A stretch of DNA of 64,000 bases, taken from contig LSRY02000002.1 in NCBI GenBank assembly GCA_001643675.2, positions 744,001-808,000 on the forward strand. The letters are read 5' to 3'. The first letter of the stretch is position 1. Every line of letters starts with the position of its first letter. The position numbers were made by a program, and so were the translations under genes. The notes under the pieces are model-generated. The model made no database searches and was not told the origin of the DNA. It saw only the letters and a program-made list of their open reading frames with translations. The DNA comes from Monocercomonoides exilis PA203. Lineage: Eukaryota > Protista > Preaxostyla. Shown here piece after piece: positions 10,874-21,682 of this stretch.

Positions 10874-13138
10874 ATGGAGGCTCTTCCAATAAAAACTTCG
10901 TTACCTCCTTCATTAATGCAAAATCCAGCAACAAAAGCTGGGAAACAAGAAGAAAAAAGTGGGCACAGTGATTTACTTACGACTTCGACATTCGAAGAAA
11001 TCTTCGATGACGAAGGAAAGCCAATTCCATTGAGACCAGAAACATTACGTGCTTTGAAGGAAATGAAAATGAATTACATGACAAAAATACAGGCACGCTC
11101 CTTGCCGCCACTTTTAGCGGGAAGAAATCTTATTGGCACAGCAAAAACTGGTTCAGGAAAAACATTGGCATTCTTGATTCCATGCATAGAGCTAATGGCA
11201 AGAATCCACTGGGAAGCGAGAATGGGTACCTGCTGTATCATTATTTCTCCAACAAGAGAACTTGCACTACAAATATACAGCACAGCACGAGATCTTATGA
11301 AATATCATCCATCACTAACGCATGGATTGGTTATCGGAGGAAACTCAAAAGCAAATGAGATAATGCCATTAAAAAGAGGAGTTGCACTTCTCGTAGCTAC
11401 ACCGGGTCGTTTATTGGATCATTTAAATGTGTGTTTTTAATATTAAAATATTAAAATATTTATTTTTCCGTTTTTTAAACATTTTAAAGACAACCCTTGG
11501 ATTTGTGGTAAGCAATTTGAAGGTTCTTGTAATTGATGAAGCCGACAGGCTTCTAGAAATGGGTTTTGAAAAAGAATTACGGCAAATCATTGAAATTCTT
11601 CCTTGTCAAAGAAGACAAACGATGTTCTTTTCCGCCACGAATATATCAGCAAAATCAAACACTGCCGAACTTGCTCGTGTTGCCGTTCGGGAAGATCCGG
11701 TAGAAATCAACGTCAGCTCATTCGGAAAGGGAGGCTTGAGCACAGAAAGTGGTTCACATGCTGGCGAAGATGAGATGAACGAAGAGGAATCTGCTACAGT
11801 TGAAGGAGTGACTCAAGGATATCTTGTGTGCCCTGCCGATCGACGATTTCAAGTACTATTTACGTTTTTGTCGAGAAACGCAAAGAACAAAAAGATAATT
11901 GTGTTCTTTTCAACATGTTCCAGTGTAGAGTTTCACTGTGCCTTGCTTAATCATGTTGATGTGAAGTGCTCTGCGTTGCACGGGAATCTAAAGCAGCAAA
12001 AGCGCACAGCGACATTTTTTGAGTTCTGTCACGCTTCGACGGGGGTGCTTCTTTGCACGGACGTCGGCGCCCGCGGGCTTGACATCCCGTCTGTTGACTG
12101 GGTGGTGCAGTACGACCCGCCGGCTGAGGTGAAAGAGTACATTCATCGTGTGGGGAGAACGGCGCGTGGTGTGGGTGCGAAAGGGAAAGCTCTGCTGTTT
12201 GTGCTTCCGGAGGAGCTGGTGTTCATCCACCTGCTGCGCGAGTCCAAAATCACGATGGAGGAGTTTGTGGTGAAGACGGACAAGATCCAGAACATTCAGG
12301 CGCAGCTTGAGCGGCTGATTGCTGGCAACTACTTCCTCGCAAAGGCAGCAAAGGAAGCGTTTCGGGCGTATCTTCAGGCTTATTCGTCGCGAACACTCAA
12401 AAGCTGCTTTGACGTTTACAAACTCGACATTCAGCTCGTCGCTAAGAGCTTCGGGTTTGACCAGCCGCCAAAGTGCGATCTTGGTTTGCTAATAGGAATT
12501 TGAGTAGAATTTTTTAAGAATACTGTTAATTTCTTCTGCTGTTAAATCAAATTAATCTGTTTTTTTTTTCAATGTTAATAACAATCCCATACTTTCCTGT
12601 TTAATCAATTCATATTTTTTTATTCTTTATTACGCTTTCTTTCTTTCTTTCTTTTGGTAAAACTTCCACAGCTTTGAAGATGATGGGGAGGAGCGTTCAG
12701 AAAAGAGGAAGAGCTCAAATGGGCGAAGCTAATTCTTATTCGTCATCATCTTCATCATCTTCGTCTTCTTCTTCCACTTCAGCATCTTCAGCTTTTCGTT
12801 CATCTGAGTCGCAAAAGCATAAAGATGAAGGAGATGATGAAAAAGGAGAAGAAAAAGACGAAGATGACATTGAGCCTAAAAAACGAAAGAGAACCAGAAA
12901 AAACACGAAATCTGAAGAAACTGAAGGAGAACATCAGAACACAAAAGAGGGTGCAGGAGCTGAGGAAGAAGAAAATGACGAGGCCAAGATTATCTATGGA
13001 CAGAGGAACACCTGGAAAGGGAAAGGAAAGGGGAATAAGCAGAAGAAGAGGACAGGGAGATCTGGACACGGCTTTTCTGCAGACAATCCTTATGGAAAGA
13101 AGCAAAGCGGCGATGGAAGACAATTTTCTCGTTTTTAA
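10874..13138 (+). CDS. HAS1: DEAD-box RNA helicase Has1/DDX18 (~671 aa); exons 10874-11428, 11490-12483, 12672-13138
   Basis: Q motif MTKIQ, AKTGSGKT, SPTRELALQI, TPGRLLDHL, DEAD, SAT, ARGLD, YIHRVGRTAR. The C-terminal AKEAFRAYLQAY...VAKSFGF segment is typical of Has1/DDX18. Two GT-AG introns (61 and 188 nt) restore the frame. Confidence 0.93.
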
Positions 13139-13683
13139 AAAAGAAAGGAATTTAAAAAAAGAAAATCTGTATTTATTTTTTAGGTATTTATTTTCGTGTT
13201 TGAAAGGATGACACTTTTTGATAAGAATTTTAAGAGGTCAATGCAGAAATAGAAATAAAAATCATTTCATTTCATTTCATCAACGTTTTTGCATGTCCGC
13301 TTGCAAAAAAGCAAACAATCAATTGTTTATTTTTTTGAAGGGAGAAAAACTCGAATTCTTTCATCACTCAGCTCTTTTTTGTGTGTTTTCTTTAAAAATA
13401 TTAAAGAAAAAAATAAATAAAACCTAAAAAATAGCTAAAAAAACAAAACAAAAGATATGGCAAGCGTGAAATTTTTTTGTAAAAAAACAGATGTCAAATT
13501 CTGATTGTGCAAGAGGAAGCATTAATAGCTTAGATAGATATAATCACTCAGACCGAAGGAAAGAGAATTTGCTGAAGAATTCTACACTTTTGGAAACTTG
13601 ATAATGAGTTTGATAAAAAATGGAATGACAGGAAGAAATGGAAACAGAAGAAGTTCTCGAAAATACGGCTATGCGTCAGGAGC

Positions 13684-16600
13684 TTAAGCAAATAGATCGT
13701 CAAATGTGTCTGCTTTCTTCTTTGGCTGATTATGCATTTTTCATGATTAAAAATAAAATAAAATAAAGAATACATAATTCATAACAAAGTTAAACAAGAA
13801 ATTAATAAAAAGCAATAAATTCAAACCTTAGCCGTTTTCTTAGCAGCAGACTTTGGTGCTGCCTTTGACGACTTCGTTGCTGAAAGGAAGTCATCATCGT
13901 CATCGCCAAACAAGTCAAGCCCTTTCTTTGCTGAAGGCGACGCAGCTGGTGATGGCACTGGAGAAGAAGCAGGCTTTGAAGAAGCAGCCTTTGTAGGCGA
14001 AGCGCGTGGGGCTGCTGTCACTGCCTTTGTGGAAATCGGCTCTGCTTCTCCCAAGCCGAACGGGTCTGAAGTGTCCTCCACTTTCTTCGCTGCTTCCACA
14101 GGCGCACTCTTCTTTGGCGGTGCGGAGAACGAAAGAGGATCTGCACTTTTCTCGTTCTTGTCGTCTTCATCATCGCTGTCATCTGCAAACATCTTCTCTT
14201 TCTTCTCTTCCTTTTTCGCTGCCGCTGGTGCTGCTGGCTTGACTGCGCTTGTGTGCGCCTTCACAGCGACTTTCGGCCCAGCCAGTTTTGATGCTGCGGA
14301 AGACGAGGACGAATGAGCAGCAGCAGGGCGCCTCTTGATTGTGGGTGGTCTCCGCTTCTGGGTGATTTCTGGTGGCGCAACTGATTCGTGGTCGAAGTGC
14401 TTGCCGTCTTCTTTGATCTCCACAACATGCGTGGCTGCTTTGGCTGTTGATAAAGAGGAGGAGGAAGAAGAAGAAGACAATGGATCTGCCACATCTTCCT
14501 GTGCTTCTTCGTCTTCCTCTTCAACTTTCTTCTTCTTCATTGGACGTGGCCCTCCCATCAGCATTCCTGGGTTGAATGCAAGTTTCGCTGCCAAATTAGC
14601 AATGGACGAGCCTGCGCGTGCGCTTGACGAAACTACTGGCTTCTCTTCTTCTTTTTCAGAAGAAGAAGAAGAAGATGATGATGATGACAAAGCAGATAAT
14701 GGATCATCATCAACAGCTTTGGTTGATTCTTCTTTGGCTTTCTCTCTTTCTTCTTCTTCCTCTTTCTCTTTTCTCTTACGTTCTTCTTCTTTTCTCTTCT
14801 TTTCTTCTCTTTCTTTCTTTTTGCGCTCTTCTTCTTTCCTCTTCCTTTCTGCTTCTTTCTCTTCCTCTTCTTTCTCTCTCTTCTTCTTCTCTTTTTCATC
14901 CTCTCCTTCTCCAAAGATATCTTCCTTCGCTTCGCTCTTCTTTCCTTTGCTCTCCTTCGTGTCTGCCAACGCACCCAGAGGATCAAAAGCATCATCAGCA
15001 GCATCCAGCCCCATCGAAGTCGTTTCCTTCTTAGCAGGTTTCTTTTCTTCTCTCTTCTTCGCTTTCGGTGGAGGCGCCAAACCAGAGAATATGTCAGACA
15101 CTTCATCTGTTGATGACGCTGCGGCGGTGGCTGCTGCTTTCTTTGCCTTCTTCTCCTTCGTCGATGGCGCTCCAAGCGGATTTTCATCATCCTCATCATC
15201 GCCAAACAATGACGATGATTTGCCTTCGTTTTCGTCGTCTCCAAACAAAGACGAGCCTGAACTCTTCGCTTTCTTCCTCTTTTCTTCCTCTTTCTTCTTC
15301 TTCTCTTCTTCCTTCCTTCTTTTTTCCTCTGCAGCAGCAGCAGCAGCTTCTTCTGCCTTTCTTGCTGCCTCTGCCTCTGCTTCTGCTTCTGCTTCTCTTC
15401 TCTTTCTTTCTTTCTCTTCTCTTTCCTCCCTCTTCTTTCTCTCCTCCTCTTCTTGTATTTTTCTCTCTTCCTCTTCCTTCTTCTTCGCTTCTTCTTCTTC
15501 TTTCTGCTTCTTCTTTTCCTTTTCTCGTTGCTTCTTCTTTTCGGCTTTCTCTTTTTCCTTCTCCTCTTCTTCTCCAATCAGCTTCATCAGCTCATCATCA
15601 TCCTCTTCTCCACCAATTTTCAAATCTTCTGGTTTTTCTTCCTTTGCTTCTTTTGCTTTCTCTTCCTTCTTTTTGTCTTTCTTCTTCTTTTCTCCGCCTC
15701 CCATAAACATCGCCAACAAATCGTCTTCTTCATCGTCATCTGCTTTAGACAAGAAGCTCGGCTCTTCCTTCTTCTTCTTCTTCTTCTCTTCTTTTTCCTC
15801 GTCTTTCTTCTTTTTCTTGTCCTTCGGCTTCTTCTCTGCCGTCTTCGTCGTCGTAAACATCGCAAACATATCTTCTTCCTCTTTCTGCTCTGCTGACTGC
15901 AATCCTTCCTCTTTCTTCTTCTTCTTCTTCTTCTCTTCCGGCTTCGGTTCCTCTTCTTTCTTCTCCTCTTTCTTCTTCTTCGCAGGGGCTGTACCAAACA
16001 GCGCGGCAAACTCGTCTTCCGCATCGTCTGTTGTTGTCAAAGCAGCCGTCGTTGCCTTAGTTGTTGCTTCTCCCCTCTTCTTCTTCTCTTTCTTCGATGC
16101 AGTCGACATAATCGATGCAAAGATATCTCCATCATCAGCTTCGGGCTCAGGCTCCACAACTTCCTTCTTCTTGCTCTTCTTCTTCTCTTCTTTCTTCTCT
16201 TCCTTTTTGTCTTCTTTCTTCTTCTTCTTCTTCTCAGCGTTGCCATCTCCAAAGATGTCATCGTCTCCAAACAACGACGAATCAATCTCTTCTTTCTTTT
16301 CTCTCTTCTTCTTCTCTGTCTTCTTCTTGCTTTCTCCTCCATCCTCATCTCCGCCAAACAATCCCTTGTCTCTCTCCTTCTCTTCTTCGTCTTCATCGTC
16401 ATCTCCAGCAAACAACGACTCTGTCTTCTTCTTCTTCTTCCCTTCCTTCTTTTCTGTCCGCCTCTCCTCGCCTTCTTCTCCTTCGCCTGCAACTTTCTTC
16501 GCTTTCTTTGCCTTGTGGTGTTTTCCTGGCTTTTTGATGGTGATCGTTCTCTTCTCCAGCTTCGGCTCTGGTTTCTTTGCTTTCTTCTTCTTCTGGCCCA

Positions 16601-18148
16601 GCCCCATATCGGCAAAGATGTTGTCATCCAAATCATCTTCGTCCTCTTCTGGTTCTGGTTCTTCCTCAGCAACAGCCTTCTTCTTCTTCTTCTTCTTCTT
16701 TTTCTTTTTCTTCAGTCCGCTTTCTTGTGCTGCAGCCTTCTTCTTCTGCTCTTCCATAATCCTCGCCTCTTCTGCCGCAATGTTTTCCTCCTCTTCTTCG
16801 TCGTCAAACTCGTCGTCCCTCGGAGGCCGCATCTTCTTCAGCTGCGCAGCCAGCTCAGCCATCATCGAGTTCGCACCTGCAACAGTTGTCTCAATTCCCA
16901 GCTTCCTCTTCGTCTCCTCGTCGATCTCTTCGGAGTACTCTTCCCATTCGCTGTCGCCGTCGTGGATGGAGTTGCCGTCCTCGTCAACATACACAAGCAC
17001 TTCTTCTTCCTCCACAACGGTTGCAACTGACTCTTCGTCCTCGTCAATATACACTTTGTTGCTGTCTAATGCATCTTCGTCTTCAACTTCTGCTTCGGCC
17101 TTCTTTTTGGCTTTCTTGGCTTTCTTCTTTTTCTCCTTTTCTCTTTCTTCATCCTCATCTTTGTTCGCAGCATCGTCACCTCCTTCGTTCTCTACTTTTT
17201 GCGAAGAGGAAGACGAGGAAGAAGGAATTTCTGGAGCATCAGGAATTGGCAGAGGTGGTGGAGGTGGAATGGTCGATCCATCTGGCAATGGAGGAGGCGC
17301 AGGAATGCCTTGAGGTGGGAGAGCATCATCACGAATTGGTGGTGCTTCTGGTGGTGCAGATTTTTCAGCTTCTGGTGCCCGTCCAACAACTCCCCAGTCA
17401 AGGTCAAGCCCAACATTTTCGTTTTCGAAGAATTCTTGACTCATGATAAATAAAGGAAGAGGACGTTTTCCAAAAGGATCATTAGGATCTGGTTCGTCAA
17501 AGCTGATAAATGGTTGCATTTGCTGCTGCGGCTGAGGTGGCTGTGGTTGTTGCGGAGCAGCCGGATCAGACGGCTCCGATGATGGAGCAGGTTGTGGTTC
17601 GGGAACATTCGTTTTCACGTTTGACATAATTCCCATCGCAGATTTTAGAGCTTCCGTATATTTTGATACGAGCAGCGATTCTTTACAAAAATATATGTTC
17701 ATATTTTATGCAATAAAAAAATACTTATAATGAAACAAAACCTCGTTGTTCTTTTGTGTAAGTATCATAAGGATCCTTCTCATCTTTCTTTTGAGTTTCC
17801 ATGATGTCATCGTCATCATACACACGCTAAAACAAAAGTTAACATGAATCATAATAAATAATTAAAAAGCGCACGTTCTCGATAAATTTTTCATTTGACA
17901 GCAAATGAAATTGATTAAAAACATCATCCACGCGAATTGAAGTTGCTTTTGACTGAAGTGAAATTTCATCAACTTCTAACTGTGCCGTTCGAGATTGTTC
18001 CAACAGAAATGTTGAAAATTCTTTGAGAGAATCAAATAACTGTAATTTCACAAAGTTACAATTCTTTAATAAAATATGAAAAATATATTTCAATAAAAAC
18101 TTTTTGATCCCCTTGAAGGCTCCATTCAGAAAACTCTGCTCTATCCAT
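13684..18148 (-). CDS. WASHC2: WASH complex subunit 2 / FAM21 homolog (~1397 aa); exons 18148-18101, 18039-17875, 17826-17742, 17680-13827, 13725-13684
   Basis: The spliced N-terminus reads WSLQGDQK-LFDSLKEFS...VFNQFHLLSNEKFIENRVYDDD...TKEQRESLL...RPLPLFIMSQEFFENENVGL, matching the FAM21 head (WSL, LSNxxFIENRVY, RPLP). The long acidic/lysine tail has many LF-acidic motifs and ends DDLFA*. All four GT-AG introns keep the frame. Confidence 0.88.
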
Positions 18149-19178
18149 ATTCCTTTTGGTTTCAAACTATGGCATAGATCGGAATAATCATTTATCATTG
18201 TTCATCATATCGCTTTTTCAATGAAAATAAATAGCAAAAAAATAACAAATTTCTTGAAAGAATTTTTTTCCAAAATAACGAAAAATACGTTATTTCCGAT
18301 TAGACAGATCCATTTTTTATATAATTTTCTTCACCACCATTGACAAATTTTTCAACATCCAAAATGAGATAAATATAATCAGATTCTAATTTTAAAATAT
18401 CAATATCAAAGAATGAAGAAAAAAAATAGAAAAGGCACATTATTTTTTCATTTATGAAAAAATCAGGTTTTGTTGCAAATTTGTTCTTCTTTCATATATC
18501 AATGAATATGGCATAATAATTCAAAAAAGAAAATGAATTGAAATCCAATATTAAGAATAATTTTGAATCTTATGAACAAGCACGATTTTTGGAGAAATAA
18601 TAGAAAAGACATGCGATAGGAGTAACTTTGCTCACCACTTTTATTAACAGTGCGATGAATAGGAAAAGAAGCAATATGGAATTTCATGAGCTATTGATGA
18701 ATGTTTGATATACTTCGAGAAAATTTTTGCGCGATTATAGCAACAGCAAAATGATAATTTTCAAGTTCGAGCAGAATTCGAAAGAAGCTGTGATAATATC
18801 GAGAAACGCAGGATTCAATATTTTTATCAGGAAACATTAAAAAGAAAAACAAAAATGCCAAAGATGGTGAAGAAAAAAATGAATAAAAATTGCAAAATGA
18901 AGAGGAAAAAGTGGAAGCGTAATCATTCATATGGACATTCTCTGCCTTTCTATTGACCTTCTTCTTTGTCTTTCCCTTCGCCTTCATTATATGAAAAATC
19001 ATACGAGATTTCCCCATCAGCATTATTTTCATTACCAACTTCTCCAGATACATCAGCAATTCTATCTGAATCAGGCACATCAGAAACACGCTCAACAAAA
19101 GAATAAATCGAAGACAACAACTGAACATATGGAAAAAGCACACCAGTCAGCAACGAAACAAATATTAACGCAAACAAA

Positions 19179-19768
19179 ACTACAGACAAGCATTACAAAA
19201 GCATTTATCTCCACCCTTCACGTGCAGCGCTAAGGGGCATGCACTGGATAGCAGCGCACAGCTTGTGAAAAGTGTTGCAGTATGCTACCACCTCGCTGTG
19301 GAAGAAAAAGCACTGCAGAATTTCGGAAAGACAGACGTAGATGAAGTGACTGAAGAAAACACGAAATACTGCGGTTTTTTCACCACCCCGTCAAAGTATT
19401 CGATCCGATGCCTGCGAAAAGGCTGGTGAGAAGACCGGAGATAAGGGAAAGATGAATGCGCACAACTTGTTGAAAGATCAAGGAATCTTTTGCTTCCAAG
19501 CACATCACATTTGATGCAGTTGATATCATTTTTGCTGATTATTCCAGCATTGGATGAGTTGAAGGAGCTGCTGGAGGAAGTTAAGGAAAAGAAAGATATG
19601 AGCAAAGCGAATTTATTCATGCTGAGGAATGGCAGAGATGAGAAGTTGAGGAACAACGAGGAAGAAGAAAAGGGCGAAGAAGAGGAGGAGGAGGAAGGAA
19701 TGGAAGATGCTGGAGAAATTGAAAAGATTGAGATGATGGAGGAGAATAATGAAAAACCGAAAAGCTGA
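19179..19768 (+). pseudogene. Decayed ORF of unknown origin
   Basis: One protein-like reading frame (HLSPPFTCSAKGH...KGW*EDRR*GKDECAQLVERSRNLLLP...LKELLEEVKEKK) broken only by stops at 19427 and 19442. No recognisable domain. Confidence 0.3.
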
Positions 19769-19974
19769 AAATCAAAAAGGAAAACAAAATCAAAAAAATA
19801 CGAAAATTGACAAGAAAGAAAAAGTCTCAACAACGATTAAAAAGAACAATATATTGATATTTCAAATAAAAATTCAGCTCTTTCTGAAAACAAAATGGGA
19901 TCAACAAACAAAACGAATAAAATATTTCAAATTTATTTATTTCAAAATCATCCTTAACATTTCTCAATTTAACA

Positions 19975-20306
19975 TACCAGAAATAATTATATCTGTTGCT
20001 CAAAAAGACGATTATTCATGAAAATTATAAGTTATCGAAAGAAATGCAAAGGAGAAAGCGAACAATCTGTTTGACTTCATCAAAAACTGTGGAATGGGTT
20101 TGTAGTACAAAGAGTTCGAGACTGAAACATTTTCAGTGACTGAGTCAGAAAATAGCGGGGAAAGCAGAAATGCGAAGGACAATTTGAAAGCAAACATTGA
20201 TTATAAGCGATATCAAAAGCATGAAAGAGGATTCGAATTGGAGCCAGCAAAAGTGAAAACTCTGCATCTGAAAGAGTGGCTAAGCAAAGCCCAACTTCAA
20301 ATTTAA
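19975..20306 (+). pseudogene. Decayed ORF fragment of unknown origin
   Basis: Protein-like frame with in-frame stops at 20019 (TGA), 20028 (TAA) and 20103 (TAG), ending at TAA 20304. No recognisable domain. Confidence 0.25.
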
Positions 20307-21682
20307 GTTAAAATTTAAATACAATCTCGAATAAGAATGAAAATGCAAATTCCAACACGAACGATAAAGTGAATGAAGACAGAAACGAAATCGAATAGAA
20401 AATGACAAATGAAATTATGATTCCTGCTGCTAGATCACAGGTCTCCAGTCTTCATTCAAATTGGTGAAATTTTCTTGCTGAAACTTTCTGCTCTTCACCT
20501 TTCTTTGTTCCTATCTTCGAACCCTGTTGCGAGAAAGTCGCTGAAGACATGTGTGACATCAGCTGCTCCAAGTCAGACACCATATTCACTGGCTGCTGGT
20601 GCAACAAATGAAACAAATGCAAACACTGCAAATCTAACGACTGGAACAGCATCTAATGAATCAAATGGAACAGCTGGAATAGCAGATGCAACGCAACATA
20701 ATGTTCAGTCAAATTCTGAGCATTCGCCTCAAGCTAATCAGAAAGTGTAACATCATGCTCCAAAAGAAAGCTCATTATAGGAAGACTGAAGAATTTTCAC
20801 AGAATGTGAACTCATAATCGCAGGAGATGCACTAGTCAGCCTCCGTGGTGGTTCCTGATCTAACGGCTAAGTTTTTAGCTTCTTCCTGAAATTCTTTTTC
20901 TCGTTCTTCTCGTTCTTCTCATTAAGTGACAGAAGAATCTTTTAACAATGAAAACACTCCAACTGGTTTGACGAATTGATTGTAAGATTGAAGAAGAATT
21001 GAAGGAATTGAAGAAGTTAAAGGAGGAATTTAAAAGATTATTCATCAAGCATAACATGAACGGAATAGCCTTCTTTCACAAGTGTGCTGAAGAGTTGACA
21101 ACAATAAATGGATTTTCTGCTTCAAAGAAAAGATGTGTCTCTTGCTTGTGAGAATGCTGCTATGATCACAAGTGAAAAAAACAAAATCTAAATGAAATGA
21201 AGAAAAAATAAAGAAGAAGAATAATAATAAATGGAATGACAATCAAAACTGGAGTCAAACAAAATGAGTAATGTAATTATTACTGCTTATACACATTTCA
21301 AAAAAGGGGGAATAAGGATGAAAAGCAACTGGAAAACCGAATTGGAGATTGAAGAACAAATAGACATAAAAGAAAATCCAAAAATCGTTGCGAAGAGAAA
21401 GATAAGTGAATATCAAGCATGAACACGCAAATGCAGGCATCGCCACTTAGAAAAATTTTGAATTCAGAGCAGACAGAAAACGGAAACGAACAAAACGCAA
21501 ATAGTGGAAACGAAAACGGCAGACTTGGAAAAATAAGAAGAAATGTGATGTACAAAAAACTTACAGAGAAAAGAACAACATTGGTAATAAAAAGAAGAAA
21601 AGATTGATATTGCTCTTGAAAAAAAAAGGGGTTTTGCAAAACATGATTGCCAAAAGCTTTTTTATTCATTTTTTCCAGCTAC

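Noticed and set aside
14335-17313. 992-aa plus-strand ORF rich in Ser/Phe
   Set aside because: Antisense shadow of the GAA/AAG-rich WASHC2 exon. Such strands lack stop codons for compositional reasons.
19179-20306. Alternative genetic code (TAA/TAG = Gln) explaining the interrupted frames
   Set aside because: Conserved genes here terminate at TAA (Has1, WASHC2) and TAG (PSMB2), and multi-kb exons contain no in-frame TAR.
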